Shown piece after piece: positions 40,173 to 53,779 of a stretch of DNA of 64,000 nt. Position 1 is the first letter of the stretch, and the number at the start of each line of letters is the position of its first letter. The DNA lies in NCBI GenBank assembly GCA_030265395.1, contig JARFYF010000074.1, positions 90,444,754 through 90,508,753 on the forward strand. The letters are read 5' to 3'. Source of the DNA: Rhina ancylostomus (lineage: Eukaryota). The notes under the pieces are model-generated. The model had not been told where the DNA came from and made no database searches. It saw only the letters and a list, made by a program, of their open reading frames with translations. The translations under genes and the position numbers were made by a program.

Positions 40173-41414
40173 TAATTGCATGCAAATGAAAGTGTATGTT
40201 TGTGTATGTGTGAGGTTGTGCCTGCTGTCATATATCTGATTCACTCAACACCATGCTTCAGCTTTATAATCGAAGTGGTTCATCTGCATCAAAGCTGCTC
40301 AATGAGAGAAAAAAAATCATATACAAGAATTATTCTATTTTATATCAGCAGTTTGTGTCAGACATTGTGATTTAATCAATATACCAGTGACAGCAATACT
40401 TTTATGCCTTTATTCCTTTTTGAAAGAAACTAGAGATTAATCCACATTTCCTCCTGTTTAGGAGACAGCTGGGTTGTGAGATTGTGAAGTGAATAGCCAG
40501 GAAAGGCCTTTGGAGCAAAAAGTTCCAAAATTGGTTCGGTTGAAAGATTTAATTGACAAAGTGCAATCACATGACAGTACTCAGGACAGAAAAACAAAAT
40601 TTCTAAGAGTATTTTACTATAAAATGAAACAAAAACAAAATATAGCAGATACAGACAAATTAAAACAAAAAGTGCTAGAAATACTCAAGACAGGCAAGAC
40701 CTGAAAGAGACAGAATTAATCAATGTGAGGCTATTGAATTAAATCCCCATTCTTCTCTCCTCCAATACTGCCTAATCTGCTGTGTATTTCCAGCTTTTAC
40801 CACAAATATTTAATGATCTCCATTAAAGTTTGATTAAAGCCTCAAAAAGAAACTCCTGAAGCTTTATAGTTGAAGCCCTGTTGAATGGTTTATTTTTTCT
40901 AGCTCCCATTAATTTGTCACAATGAACTACAAATACAGAAAACTAATTGAAGCTTCGCACAGTGTCAGGTTACATTCACATGCATTCACCAATAATAAAA
41001 TAGAACAAAACTCAGTGTTTCCTTCACTTGGTGCTACATGAAGTCAGTGGAAATCAGGACCCACTGTGCAATGGGATAATCTACTGACACAGTAACAGGA
41101 GACAATAGAAACCAAGTGTAGCATGGAAGTGGAGATGAATGAGAGAACCAGAAGTGAAATGAAGAAAAAGTAGAATCTGCTTCTTGTGCTGTAGAATGCC
41201 AACATGGACTCAGTGACTACCTGAACTAAAAGGTGAGAAGCATTTGAAGTGAACAAAGAAAGCTAGTCTGAAGTATCAAGGACTGGTGGTTACCATTTCA
41301 GTAGTCAGAACTCAGACAGGAATAGACTAGCAAGAGGCTCAAGTAGAACCATAGGGTGGACAGGGAGAGCTGCTTAAGAAAATGTGGGACCTCAACAATG
41401 ATCTAAAGAGCATA

Positions 41415-42370
41415 ATAACGGCAAATGCTCAAAATCCAAAAACAAAAACAGAAAATGCTGGGAGAATCTGTGGAGAATCAAAGTTTCAGGATGAGGCCAT
41501 TTCATCAGACATGAAAATGTGAGAAATGTGTTTCAAGTTGCAGAGAAGGGAAGAGGTGCAAAGAACAAAAGGAGTGTTTATGACAAGCTGGAGACTGAGA
41601 TTTAGGTGAAATAAACTGTGTTCAAGTCATCTGAGTGAGGGTGATAAATGCTTAAATCACAACTGAACTATCGGTAGTAAATACATGAGGAAGATTAAGG
41701 GCAGTAGAGAGAAAATAATTGCTGGAACTATGGTAAGCAGAGTACAATACATGCTGGAAATCTGAAACTAAATCAGATATCTGTAGAGCAAGAAAAACTA
41801 AGTCACAGATGGATGACATGAGAACTGGCCAGTTCCTGGAACACAAACTGAAACAACCAGTTATCTGAAGATGTTGAATTTCAATATTGAGCCTCTGCTG
41901 CTGCAATGTGACTAGACTGAGATGAGGCGCCAAAGACAGGTCATAATGGGAGTGGGATGCAGAGTTAAAGTGACAGGCAACTGGAAGCTTAGGGTCACTG
42001 AATCAGTTTTTGGTTTGTCCAACACAGAGAAGATCCCATTGCAAGAATGAGGTACAATACAAAACTTGGGGGGAAAAGAGAGTGTACCCATCACTTTAAT
42101 GCTCTGTCCCATTCCCACTCTGATATTCCTTTTTGGCCTCCCACCCTGTTTCAACAATGCCCAATGCAAGCTTGAGGAACAGCACCTTATTTTCTGTCTA
42201 GGCATGTTGCAGTTCTCTGGATTCAACAATCTCAGATAACCGGCCTTTCCCTTTTGTCAGGACTGGCCATTTCTAATGCAAGATCATCCGCGTGTAACTT
42301 ATTTTTGGAGAGAGGAAAAACTATTACATGATCTGTTGAGTACTTCCAGCATTCTCATTTCCCCCCACCC
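41415..42370. mobile_element. Penelope-like remnants in inverted arrangement
   Basis: Minus-strand GIY-YIG tail at ~41870-42000 (LPVA.HFNSASHSH). Plus-strand tail at ~42090-42240 (HFNALSHSHSD...CKLEEQHLIFCLG). pLTR-like AAACAGAAAATGCTGG and TGAGTACTTCCAGCA sequences on the outside. Confidence 0.7.
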
Positions 42371-43167
42371 CAGATTTTCAGTAAATACTGTACTCTGTAT
42401 CTCACAGTCCCAGCATTTTATTCTCTCTGCTGCCCTCATTCATCTCTCCATCATTTTGATTTTATTCCAGGATTATAAATCCAGATTATATGTCCATTAA
42501 GATAAGTGGATATATAATGTTTTATAAACCACTTTTTCACAGCCTGCTCTGATTATTAAACATTGCTTGCTGTGATCTCTGAACCTCTCATATGGAAGTA
42601 AAACATGCTTAAGCTCCCAAGAATGGATCATATTTTGGGTAAACTTCTCCTGGATTGCTAAAACTTGGCAGAGAGGCAATTTGCTGGAAAGAATATGTAT
42701 TAAGGTTTGTGCTCAGGTGATTTTTTTTTAAACTATTGGAGAGTTTCAGTTAAGACTAAGANNNNNNNNNNNNNNNNNNNNNNNNNNNNNNNNNNNNNNN
42801 NAACTTCAAATATTCACTGGAGACTTCAAAATGCAAGAAAGTGCACAGAATAATGTGCATAAGATATTCTAGGAAGTTTAAACCTGCAGCCCACCTAGAA
42901 AGAAAGACATCATTTATTTACTTAAAGTTTATTTCCCCTGATACAAGTTAAGGAATGTTAGTTTAAACTGAAACTCAGCACTAACCATATGCCAAGGAGT
43001 AATGATGATTTAATATCATAACTTTACACTCCAGCCTTGGGATTGTCAGTTTTTGAAGCTCTTGGTCAATGCAAATCAAATGTTTCAACCTATATTTAAG
43101 TGTTGGCTTTAATATTGTTTAACTTTTGCAGAACTGGACACTGCTGACAAATGTGTTTGTATTGAAG

Positions 43168-44064
43168 GTTAGTTATGCCTCTTCAAGCAGGCTCCTGAGC
43201 AACAAGAATGAGTACAAGGCTTTCCTTCGCACAATCCCCAACGATGAGCAACAGGCCACAGCAATGGCAGAGATTATCGAGCATTTCCAGTGGAACTGGG
43301 TGGGAACTCTTGCAGCCGATGATGATTATGGCCGTCCAGGAATAGATAAATTTCGGGAAGAGGCTGTTAAGAGAGACATCTGCATTGACTTTAGTGAGAT
43401 GATTTCCCAGTACTATACACAAAAACAGCTAGAGTTCATTGCAGATGTTATTCAGAATTCCTCAGCCAAAGTAATTGTCGTCTTTTCAAATGGCCCTGAC
43501 TTGGAACCACTAATACAAGAGATAGTTCGGCGAAATATAACTGATAGAATATGGCTGGCAAGTGAAGCGTGGGCTAGCTCCTCACTGATAGCCAAACCAG
43601 AATACTTCCATGTTGTTGGTGGAACCATTGGATTTGCACTAAGGGCAGGACGCATCCCAGGATTCCACGAGTTTTTAAAGCAGGTTCATCCCAGCAGATC
43701 CTCTGATAATGGATTTGTCAAGGAATTCTGGGAGGAGACATTTAACTGTTACTTCACTGAGGAATTTCTAACGCAACTGAAAAATTCCAAAACACCATCC
43801 CATGGATTAGCATTGCACAATGACAGTGCTAGAGCTGGGCATTCCAGAAGGACAACGTTACGGCGTCCATGCACTGGAGAAGAAAATATTACGAGTGTAG
43901 AGACCCCATACCTAGATTACACTCACCTCCGGATTTCATATAATGTCTATGTGGCAGTGTATTCTATTGCTCACGCTCTGCAGGACATCTATTCCTGCAC
44001 ACCTGGAAAGGGCATTTTTGCAAATGGATCATGTGCGGATATAAAAAAAGTTGAGGCATGGCAG
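43168..44064 (+). CDS. CASR: CASR exon 4 (897 nt), main Venus flytrap domain
   Basis: Encodes [13 protein letters not shown]...DDDYGRPG...[14 protein letters not shown]...HLRISYNVY...KKVEAWQ. Acceptor TTGAAG|, donor CAG|GTAAGC, phase 0/0. Confidence 0.98.
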
Positions 44065-44503
44065 GTAAGCAAAATTAATTACTAATACAAAACTTAAAAA
44101 AACTAGTTCAGAGCTGCTGTTTACAATGATCAAAATAGTTACTGTATTTTCAAATAATTGTGAACTGCTTGATAACATTAGGAATTTCACTTCAGCTATA
44201 TCTACTCAAGATGTATAAACACCCTATTCATCCATTACTCAATCATATCACATGCCATCTGGAGACCTCAGCTTCCACCGTGTTTCTGCAGCAGGGGATT
44301 CCTTGGGGCTGTGTATTTGATCATTGTGTACCATGTTTGCACTAACATCTTTAACTCTATGCCCCGATTAATTGCTTTTCCTGGGAGTCTATTCATACAT
44401 CTCTGTAGAACATAAAAAGAATGTAGATAGTAGATAATGTGCTAATCTTTTCCCTGATCTGTGGTAAAATAACTAAAACAATGGCCTCTATACTTCTATT
44501 AAC

Positions 44504-44884
44504 CATAGCTCAGTTGGTAACATTCTCATTTCTGAATCAGAAGGGATTGTGGATTCAAGTCCTAGCTATAGAGAATTGAGCACACAAATGTAGTTTGACA
44601 CTTTAATGAGGGAATGCTTCATTCTTCACAAAGTCATCTTTGACATGAGGTCCTGTCTTGTCTGTTCTCTCACATAAATGTAAAAAGACCCACACTGCAC
44701 AATTCAGAAGAAGAACAGTGCATTTCGTCAGTGTCCTAGACAATAATCCAAGCCTTAGTCAACATTATTTCTACTGCTGTTTGTGGGACCTTACAAACAG
44801 TAGTGACCTCAAAAGCACCTGATTGGCTGTATTGCATTTAGGAGCGTTGTGGTTATAAAAGGTGCTAGATAAATGAAAGCTTTC
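44504..44884 (+). mobile_element. Near full-length DeuSINE/SacSINE1-like tRNA-derived SINE (intron 4)
   Basis: A box TAGCTCAGTTGG (44506), B-box-like GGATTCAAGTCC (44551), Deu-like core GTAAAAAGACCC...GAAGAAGAACAG...GTGTCCT...TGCTGTTTGTGGGACCTT, tail AAAGGTGCTAGATAAATG. Confidence 0.7.
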
Positions 44885-47039
44885 TCGTTACTTTCTATGG
44901 CTCTGTGCTCAAAGTCCAAACCAAATATTCAGCGGAAAAAAAACAATACTTTTACATGATTTTACCATTAAAATTATTGTACTTGCAGAAAATTATTGTA
45001 CTCCTAATCATCCATACAAGTGTACAAAATTTCTCTCTCATGCATTCAATTATAAGCATTTACAATTTCTCCAGTGTCTATAGTGCAATCTATTTCCGTT
45101 TTTTAAAAAAAAATCAGTTCAGGTGTGCATACAATGTTTTATTGAACATTTTGCAGCATGGACCACGAGTATAATTCAGTTACTGTGCATGATATCTCCA
45201 TAGACAATAGAATTGTTTACATACTCAATTTCTTTGTTAAAGCAGCCTTAGCTGTATGGAAATGTTTGAAAACCTATCAGATGATGAACAGAATCATATT
45301 TCATACAACAGCAAAATAGTAATGTATACTTCTGCTCTGAATAATGAGCAATGACCAAAAGCATGACTGATGTTTTCCCTCCCTACTTCTCAGACAAGGT
45401 ATCAATTACATTCAGTGAACTTGGCATAGGCCAAGGATTGCTCCCATTCTTTTACATCCGCATATCTCAGTAAATAGCACACTTCTGACAGTTGCAGCTT
45501 ATGATAGAAATGCACAGCAATTGTTTTACTCATGTTATCAATACTTAAAATGATTGGCGTAGTTTATTTTAAGGCATTGAGGTTCTGCTTTGAAAGAGAA
45601 TTATCCTATATAGTGAATTAATCTTTTTATTTACTTGGATTTCTATTTTTTTTTGCCTGGTAACTTTGTTATTTCTAAGGAACATGGACTCTAGCTGTGA
45701 ATTGTAGGTAGACAACTCACCATTCATTGGTGCAACTTATCAATAGCATAGCCCATTTCATGTGGATGGGCAGTGATAGTTGGATTGGAACACAAGCCAA
45801 AATATTTTTACCACTCAATGGTCATTCTCAATACAATTAAATTTTGAACAATTAAAGTGCAGTCTTTTTCGAAAATTATTCATCCTGTGTATTCCAACTA
45901 ATCCCAGGACAAAAGTCTGCGTTGTAACTTCCTCTGCTCCATAATGGAGACTGCAGGAGGGATTAAACACAGTAGAGGTGGCAATCACCAGGACTCCGCC
46001 TTGCAACAAGTTTTAACCCTTAGAGACACTCCCAGCCCACGTCAGAATGTTTTCAACTGCTTTGTTAAATAGCTTCCAATCCCAAATCTGCTCCAGCTCA
46101 ATGATTTGCCACCTTATTAGCACTCAACCTGCATACTACCCATTACAGTACTCACAGTTAAAGAACCTCATTTCCTAAGTATTTCAAACACTTGTTTTCT
46201 TTTAGTTTCATAATCTCCTGTATTTTGTTTGCAAAATTTAATAGGCATTATTAGTCAAACAAAACATGGTGGTCCCAAATTTACTATCAAACCAGTGGCA
46301 GGGCTAACAGCACAAATCATTATTTGCGTCCAAATTATAGCTTCAGGTCAGGATGATTAAATGCAAATATCAAAAACTTCCAGTCAGAGATACATGTAGG
46401 TTTGTATTACTACTGAAGACTCAACATTCTTCTTTCATTTTCTTTTAACCCAATCTTTCTTTCCCACTACTTTCCTGCACCCAACATTGCCTTCACTATT
46501 CCAAATTGCACTTCCTCATTCAAGCTTTTCACTATTAATTTCATAACAAGTCAATTTAGTTAAACAGATACATGGTTACCCGCTGCATTCAGAGATCCCA
46601 TATGACCCAAGAAGCTACTCTGCCATTTCCTCCTATGTCCAGCAGCTATTTGCAGTGCAAAATATCATGGCAAATATAGTCATACAAGCCTAACTAACGG
46701 CAAATTAATTCTGCTCCTTGGAGGTCTTAAAAGGACATCTGACATAGGACTTTAGAATGAAAGATAATAGGACATACTGATTTTAATAATGTGCAAGTAC
46801 TAATCAGTGTACAAATCAAAGACAATGATGGAGCCAAATTCCCTCAAGCCAACTTTCTGCCATGTTCACATGAATATCACAATGTTGGTCATGTTATCAG
46901 ACTATTAATTCAAGAGCAAGGTTCAGATGAGAACTCAAGTCCCAGAACAGCAAATCAATTAAACAAATCTGTAATATTAAGTTTGTGGTAGTAGTAATGA
47001 TGACCATGAAACTACAGAATTGATATAATAAATATAAAA

Positions 47040-47910
47040 GAGACAAGCAGGAGTCACCTATCTTCCTGTCAAGTCTGTTTGATCATTCATTATTATGATT
47101 GATCCTGTACCTCATTAATATTTCCACCTGAGCCTCGTATCTTTTGAGTTCCTTTTGATTTCACTTTCCAATTTACTTGAATGACTGAGTATCTCAGCCC
47201 TCAGGATTAATGACAACACTAAATTAAAAAAATTCTCCTGATCTTAGTCCCAAATAATTGACCTCTTATCCTAAGGTCATGGCCCCTAGCTGTAGATTCT
47301 TCAGCCCGAGGCCTTTCAATTTTACCCCGTCAATCCCTTCCAGAATCTTGTTTCTCTCAACAAGATCACTCTTTTAAACTCCTGTCAATGCAGGCAAATC
47401 CCACTCAATTTCTCCCAAGGAGAGCTGGTTCATCCCACCAAATTCATACTCAAAGAACTCCAAGGCAAGAACATTCTTCTTTAGTGACAGAAACCAAAGC
47501 TGCCCACAGTGCTCCAAGCACCTCTTTACCTTTGTACTCCAGTGCCCTTGCAGGAAATGCCAACAAACCATTGGCTTTCTTACCATTTGCTGTATCTGTT
47601 AAAACAAAAAAAAACTAGAGATGCTGGAAATCTGGAATAAAAACAGAAATTGCTGGAACTCAGCAGCATCTATGGAAAAAGACCCAAAATGTTAACTCTG
47701 CTTTTTTCCCCACAGATGTTACCCAACTTGCTGAGTGTTTCCAACATATTCTGTTTTATCTTCTTTCAGTACCTCATGACCCAGTGTACTAAGACTCCTC
47801 TGTTTAACAATGTTTACTATCATTAAAACAAAATTGTCCTTTCCACATTATACTCCTGCATTCTCATTTACCTGCTTAACCTGTATACATCACTTTATAG
47901 CCTCTTCAGA
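47040..47910 (-). mobile_element. Decayed CR1 interrupted by a palindromic Penelope-pLTR derivative (~47600-47760)
   Basis: LEHCGQLW remnant; insert GATGCTGGAAATCTGGAATAAAAACAGAAATTGCTGGAACTCAGCAG...TTGCTGAGTGTTTCCAAC. Confidence 0.6.
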
Positions 47911-48699
47911 CAAGAAATTGCATTCATTAGCATTGTTTCTCTGTGCATAAAAGTGATCATACATGGGCTGAATCACTCCTGCAATCATTTCTGGTTAACA
48001 TCAGACCCATTGGGCAATGGTCTGGGCAATTCCATATGCAATTCACCTTAGGATATCTGAAGTTTTTCCTCACATCATTTCAACGCAATGACACACAAGT
48101 CATAAACTGCACATATCTTTCATGCAGCATAAGCTACGTGCACACCATGAACTTTGTTGAACACTCACAATAAAACTAGGAGCAAATCACACGGAGACTG
48201 ACAATTAAAGGACTGCACTGTGATAATGTCTTGGATACAGCACCTGCTGCTCTCAGTTTTCAATGCTCAGGAAAGAACAAACTGCATCAATCCCTTCACT
48301 GTTCACAGCCATTTTATACATATCACATTAAAAAATAATATTGTGAACTCTGCCCCAACCCCTCCTCTTTCCCTTCACCTCAGCAACAAAACTTTTGCGC
48401 AGCTGTTCTGTGGCTTTTATGACAGAGTAAGTTCTTTAGGTCTGATCATCTCCATAGTAGCAAGTATGATAATGACATGGCAACAGTGAGCTTTCCAAGT
48501 AGTTTCCAAGAGAAAAAGCACTGATACTGTTTTAGCACATGATTCTATGTGCCATAGTGATGATTTCAACTTATTTTGTCCGATTCCCTGAGATTTCGTC
48601 CAACTGGGCATTAGTGCTCTACACAGCAAGTGTTTAATGTACAAGAGGAAGGTGAAATCCAGTTTCTGTTCATTAATGTCCTTCTCATAGCTCACTCTG

Positions 48700-49480
48700 T
48701 TTACATCATCCGCAAGATACTTTCTGGCTGTTCATCCAAATCATTAAAAAAACTGCTGAGAGCCCAGGACTTGATACCTTTGTGGCTAGTAACAGACTGT
48801 CAACTTGAAAAAGACTATTTATTCCTTTGACTAACTTCTCTCCAAACTCCAGCTCTGAGCTCATAATTCATATCTGTTTGTGGCTCTTTATCAAATACCT
48901 TAAAAATACTACATCTACTGGTTGTCCTTCATCCACTCTATTATGACCACGTAATAAGAAACAGAAGTAGAACATATGCCCTCTCATGCCTGATCTAACA
49001 CTCAGTAAGATCATGGCTGATTTTTTAATAACTTCAACATCACTTTCCTGCATTATTCTCTAACTATCCAAAAATATATTAATCTCAATGTTGAATAAAT
49101 TCATCTACCGAGCCCCTAAAGGTTCCTTGGGTTGACAATTCCAGAGGCATTTCTCTCCGAGGAAAGACATTTCTTTTTATCTTTGTTCTGAAAGTCTACT
49201 TGTCATTTTTGACATGATGGCCTCTGGTTCTCATTTTCATTGGCCAGGACGTCATCATCCCTATTTTTACCCTATCAAGTGCTATCAGAATTTCATCTGT
49301 TTCAATCATTGCATAGATGACCTATGAAGATCATCTATGAGAGCATAACCTCTCCTCCGAGGGACAAAATCCCCTTCTGCATTGCACTAGCTCTATGGCA
49401 AGCAGATCTTCTTTTTAGGTAGGAGACCAGACTTGTACACAATATTCCAGGTGCAATCTCACCAGTGCCGTATATGGAGT
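48700..49480 (-). mobile_element. Decayed CR1 fragments
   Basis: RVDEGQPVDVV motif, CR1 tail AATAAGAAACAGAAGTAG...GATCATGGCTGA, and LEYCVQVWSP remnant. Confidence 0.6.
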
Positions 49481-52296
49481 AGGATGTAAATATTTATTAT
49501 CATTTATAATAAAAATTATATCTTTTCCTTTTGATAACTAGATGCTTCCTTGGTCTCTACTCCAGCACGCTGGACCCACATCCTCACTTGGGAGCTAGAG
49601 TGTTTTTATGGAAATGGGAACATCTAGGATAGCAAATCCTAATATTGTTTTCCCACTGTTTGCATCTCTGAGATTGTAACATGTGAATGACATGCTGCCC
49701 AAATCTAACTGCAACACCAACACAGTCTCTGAAGGCAAATTGCAATTAGTTAGGAAGTGATGAATGTAGGGACTACCTGTTGCAGAGGAAGCCTTGTCCA
49801 CAGAAATGCATCAACAGTGGGTTAAGTCACACCCATAGGTTCACCAATTATCAAGGTTAACAGAAGTCTTTGAATGTTTCTTGATTCAAAAGACTATCAC
49901 ATAAGTAATACTGTTTAAAATGCTCAATGCTTTTAGTTTTAAAAGCCAATTCAGAAAGTAGAAAAATGAAACATTTAAAGCAAAATAAGTAACTATAAAC
50001 ACATAAGAATTAAAAGAAAGATACATTNNNNNNNNNNNNNNNNNNNNNNNNNNNNNNNNNNNNNNNNNNNNNNNNNNNNNNNNNNNNNNNNNNNNNNNNN
50101 NNNNNNNNNNNNNNNNNNNNNNNNNNNAGATACATTTCCTTAAACTTACCATCTTCCTCAGAAGAGATTCAACAGGAAAATTGCAGAACGTTGATGATCT
50201 GTCATTGGTCCTCGTGAGGAATTCAGGGCTTCTATGCTCACATGAATGACATGGGAAGTGGCTTGGACTGTCAATCAGTTCATCCATGAAAAAAAGTTGT
50301 GGATCATTGGTCTAATGATAGTGACAAACTTCAAGTGAACAATGTCTCTATTTGAGAAATTTAAGTCTGAAAGCCAACAAATTCCTTAGCCTCTTAATCA
50401 GAATTCCAAGAGGTAACTGTAGAGATAACACACATTCCAAAATTCCCTACATTCTAAAACAACCCCAGCAGATTAGAAGAAAGCAAATGGCTCAATGATA
50501 TTCAAGAAATTGGGAGAAAGTAGGGAACTATAGACTAGTTAGCCTGTTACTGGTTGTCAACAAAATGCTGTAATCCATTATTAGTAATGTAGCAATAGAT
50601 GAAAAACTAAATTTCATATGTAACTGCACCACACTTCCAATTATGTCAATAGGAGAACACTTCGAGTTATTAAACAATGGTGTATTATGGGAGATATGAT
50701 TAAAATACTACCAGAAATAATCATTACGTAATTAAAAGTTTTTTTTTGTTGTCGCCATTGCCTGATGTCAATGCTGGATGAGAAGAAATTTGTTCCCACA
50801 ACATACAAGGAAACTAAACCATTTGTTTCAAACAATGCATACAATCAACATCTGTCTCCCTACCAGTTATCTGAGACTGAAGCACACAATTTGCAATAAT
50901 GTTGTATTTAAACCCGAGATGCACTTTCCACCATAGGCCATGTAGCAACTGGCTAGAACAGTCACGGAGATTGCCTCCACTCACTGACCTGTTGCAGCTG
51001 CAAGCTGTGTCACCTGAGCCTGATTGACAAACAGGTGGAACTCCCAAAAGAGTTCGTCAGGCTGCCTTATCGCAGATTCTGTGCCACCTACCAGTCTTCA
51101 GTACGCGACTGAGGCCGTGCTTTGGAGCCTTCCTGTGCAATGATATTATCAGCATGATCACACACCCCTTCTTGCAAACTTCATTGGCAAAATCTGATCC
51201 CCGAATTCCCTTTGTAAAAGGCAAACGGAGATTAAAGATTTGTTAGGGTTAATCAAGAGAAAACTTAAAAATTAATTAGTTTCTTGGATACTGACTAAAA
51301 CAACATGGAATAAACAAAAAAAGGCAAACACACCTACTCTAAGATTTAATGATGAAAAGGAAATCTATACAACAAGCTCATATTTAAAAATTTAATTTAA
51401 AAAATTTAATTATAATAGCTATCATTTTTAATGCATTCTTCAATTGCTCCTAATTCGGACATTTTTCATGAAGTTGCTACATCAAAAGACTGAAAATGAA
51501 CAGTCAATGTAGATTTCCAAATGATTTTCTGGTTAGAACTTTAAAACTAACTACTATTTCAAAACTACTATTTGTATTTTTGTGACAGAGTTAAAACAGA
51601 CCAGATCACTGCATTTCAATCCATTATCTCAGACATTTTGTCCAAATACTAAATTCCCCTGATACAAGACTGAGAGTAAGGTAGAGGCACTAAGGGGTGG
51701 TGCCCATATCCCTCCGAACAGAGGGTAGAAAATCAAACTAAATTATTTTTTAGGCCATTTCCATTACTACNNNNNNNNNNNNNNNNNNNNNNNNNNNNNN
51801 NNNNNNNNNNNNNNNNNNNNNNNNNNNNNNNNNNNNNNNNNNNNNNNNNNNNNNNNNNNNNNNNNNNNNNNNNNNNNNNNNNNNNNNNNNNNNNNNNNNN
51901 NNNNNNNNNNNNNNNNNNNNNNNNNNNNNNNNNNNNNNNNNNNNNNNNNNNNNNNNNNNNNNNNNNNNNNNNNNNNNNNNNNNNNNNNNNNNNNNNNNNN
52001 NNNNNNNNNNNNNNNNNNNNNNNNNNNNNNNNNNNNNNNNNNNNNNNNNNNNNNNNNNNNNNNNNNNNNNNNNNNNNNNNNNNNNNNNNNNNNNNNNNNN
52101 NNNNNNNNNNNNNNNNNNNNNNNNNNNNNNNACCAACTTGCTTTGCTATCCATTTAGAATACTGCATAGTACTTGGTGTGCTTTTTAAATAATTCAGTGT
52201 AGAGCACACAACAAAATGTAATTGTCTTGAAATAATCTTAAACAGCATGACTTTGAGTGAAAAATTAGGCCAAGACATAATGGTAAAATCTGCATG

Positions 52297-52490
52297 GTAC
52301 CCTTTGGCCCACCATGTACATGCCAACCTTTTTGCACTAATGCAACTTGCCCATGCTAAGTCCGAAACCTACTGTGCCCTTCCTATTTAAGTGCCTGTCT
52401 AAATGTCTCTTAAACGTAGTGATTGTGATTCACCACCTACTCTGACAGCAAGATCCAGATATTAACCACTGTGTTAAAACAAAATTCCCC
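52297..52490 (-). mobile_element. CR1 3' end fragment, close copy of 53808-54000
   Basis: GTACCCTTTGGCCCACCATGTACA...CCAACCTTTTTGCACTAATGCA is shared between the two. Confidence 0.7.
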
Positions 52491-53779
52491 ATTTTGGTTA
52501 ACATTTGCTGCTCATTATAAGAATTGATGATGTTCTAGATTGAACATGATATCCTAGTAATTAATGCTTACCTGTCAACTAGTATTCCAACCCTGGTCCC
52601 TACCCTCCCACAGCCTACAATTCTTTAGAGGTTATCAAAAGAGTAAGTTTTCGAGTCAAAGAATGCTTTTACGATGCATTTTTAGTGGGATTTTACTTTC
52701 TTTTACCTTTATGATTTATAATGATGAAATAATGCAGTTCATAAATGTTTAACCTTGTTGTTTTATGTTATTTAACTAAATTAATTTATTTACAAATAAT
52801 TTATCTAAGAATACATTTAAATGAAAATCTGCCTAACATGTGCAGTGAAAGGATAATGAACAAAGGCTGGGCTGATCTATGTTACCTCCAAGTGGAAATG
52901 TAAAGTTACAAGATATTCATTTATACCAGGTCCTGTGGTATAGCTTCCCATTCATCACTCTCCACTACACCCAAACGATTCCACCTGAGTCCCACACTCT
53001 TATTCCTTCTTTGAATAAAGACCTTCAAATGTAGGTGAGGAGGTTTTCAAATGCTAAGACAAAGTAATAATTGCTAACTTCTTTTGCACAATTTGGAGAA
53101 ATAGCATCACTTCACCAATTCCATTTTTTTATAAACAGTATGATTACACTATGTATAAAGGATTATTAAAAGTAACTCTTTTGCTATGTTCTCTCTGCCA
53201 GTGAAAGCCATGTCCTCTGGCCAAAGCACTACACTCTGGACATTCCTCTCTGAGCTTCTCCATCTTTGACCATATTTTTGGTCATCTATCCTACTGTCAC
53301 TTATGTAGTTCAAGGTTAATTTTTGTTAACTAATGCTCTTGTGAAATGGTTTGGAATATTTTGTTACTTTAAAGGTGCTGCATTAACATAATTTGTCATA
53401 GTTAAGTTTTACATACTATAATGCTTATGACTAACCAGATGACTAACCACGTAAGCACATTTTTCTGTGATCATTCAGTGTTCACTTGTAGGACTGGTTT
53501 TATCTTTAGTCAGAATTAAATGCAGTTATCAGCCTGACATTAGATTGAACTATATGATGCACAGTAAAATTACTGAAATTAAACTGCTTTAATTAATGCT
53601 GCTATAAATATTGGACATGATTACTTTTATACTTGTCTGGTCCATTTCCTCCTTTAAATAATGTTACCTAACAATTTCTAGAGTTTTAATACAAGCTATG
53701 TGAATTGGGAGAGTAGTTGTTAATGTAACATTGTGGTTGACCATTCTGAATAGTCTCTATTTATATTAATAGTTTTTGT

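Noticed and set aside
44506-44565. tRNA gene
   Set aside because: A/B boxes run into a SINE body and no cloverleaf is evident.
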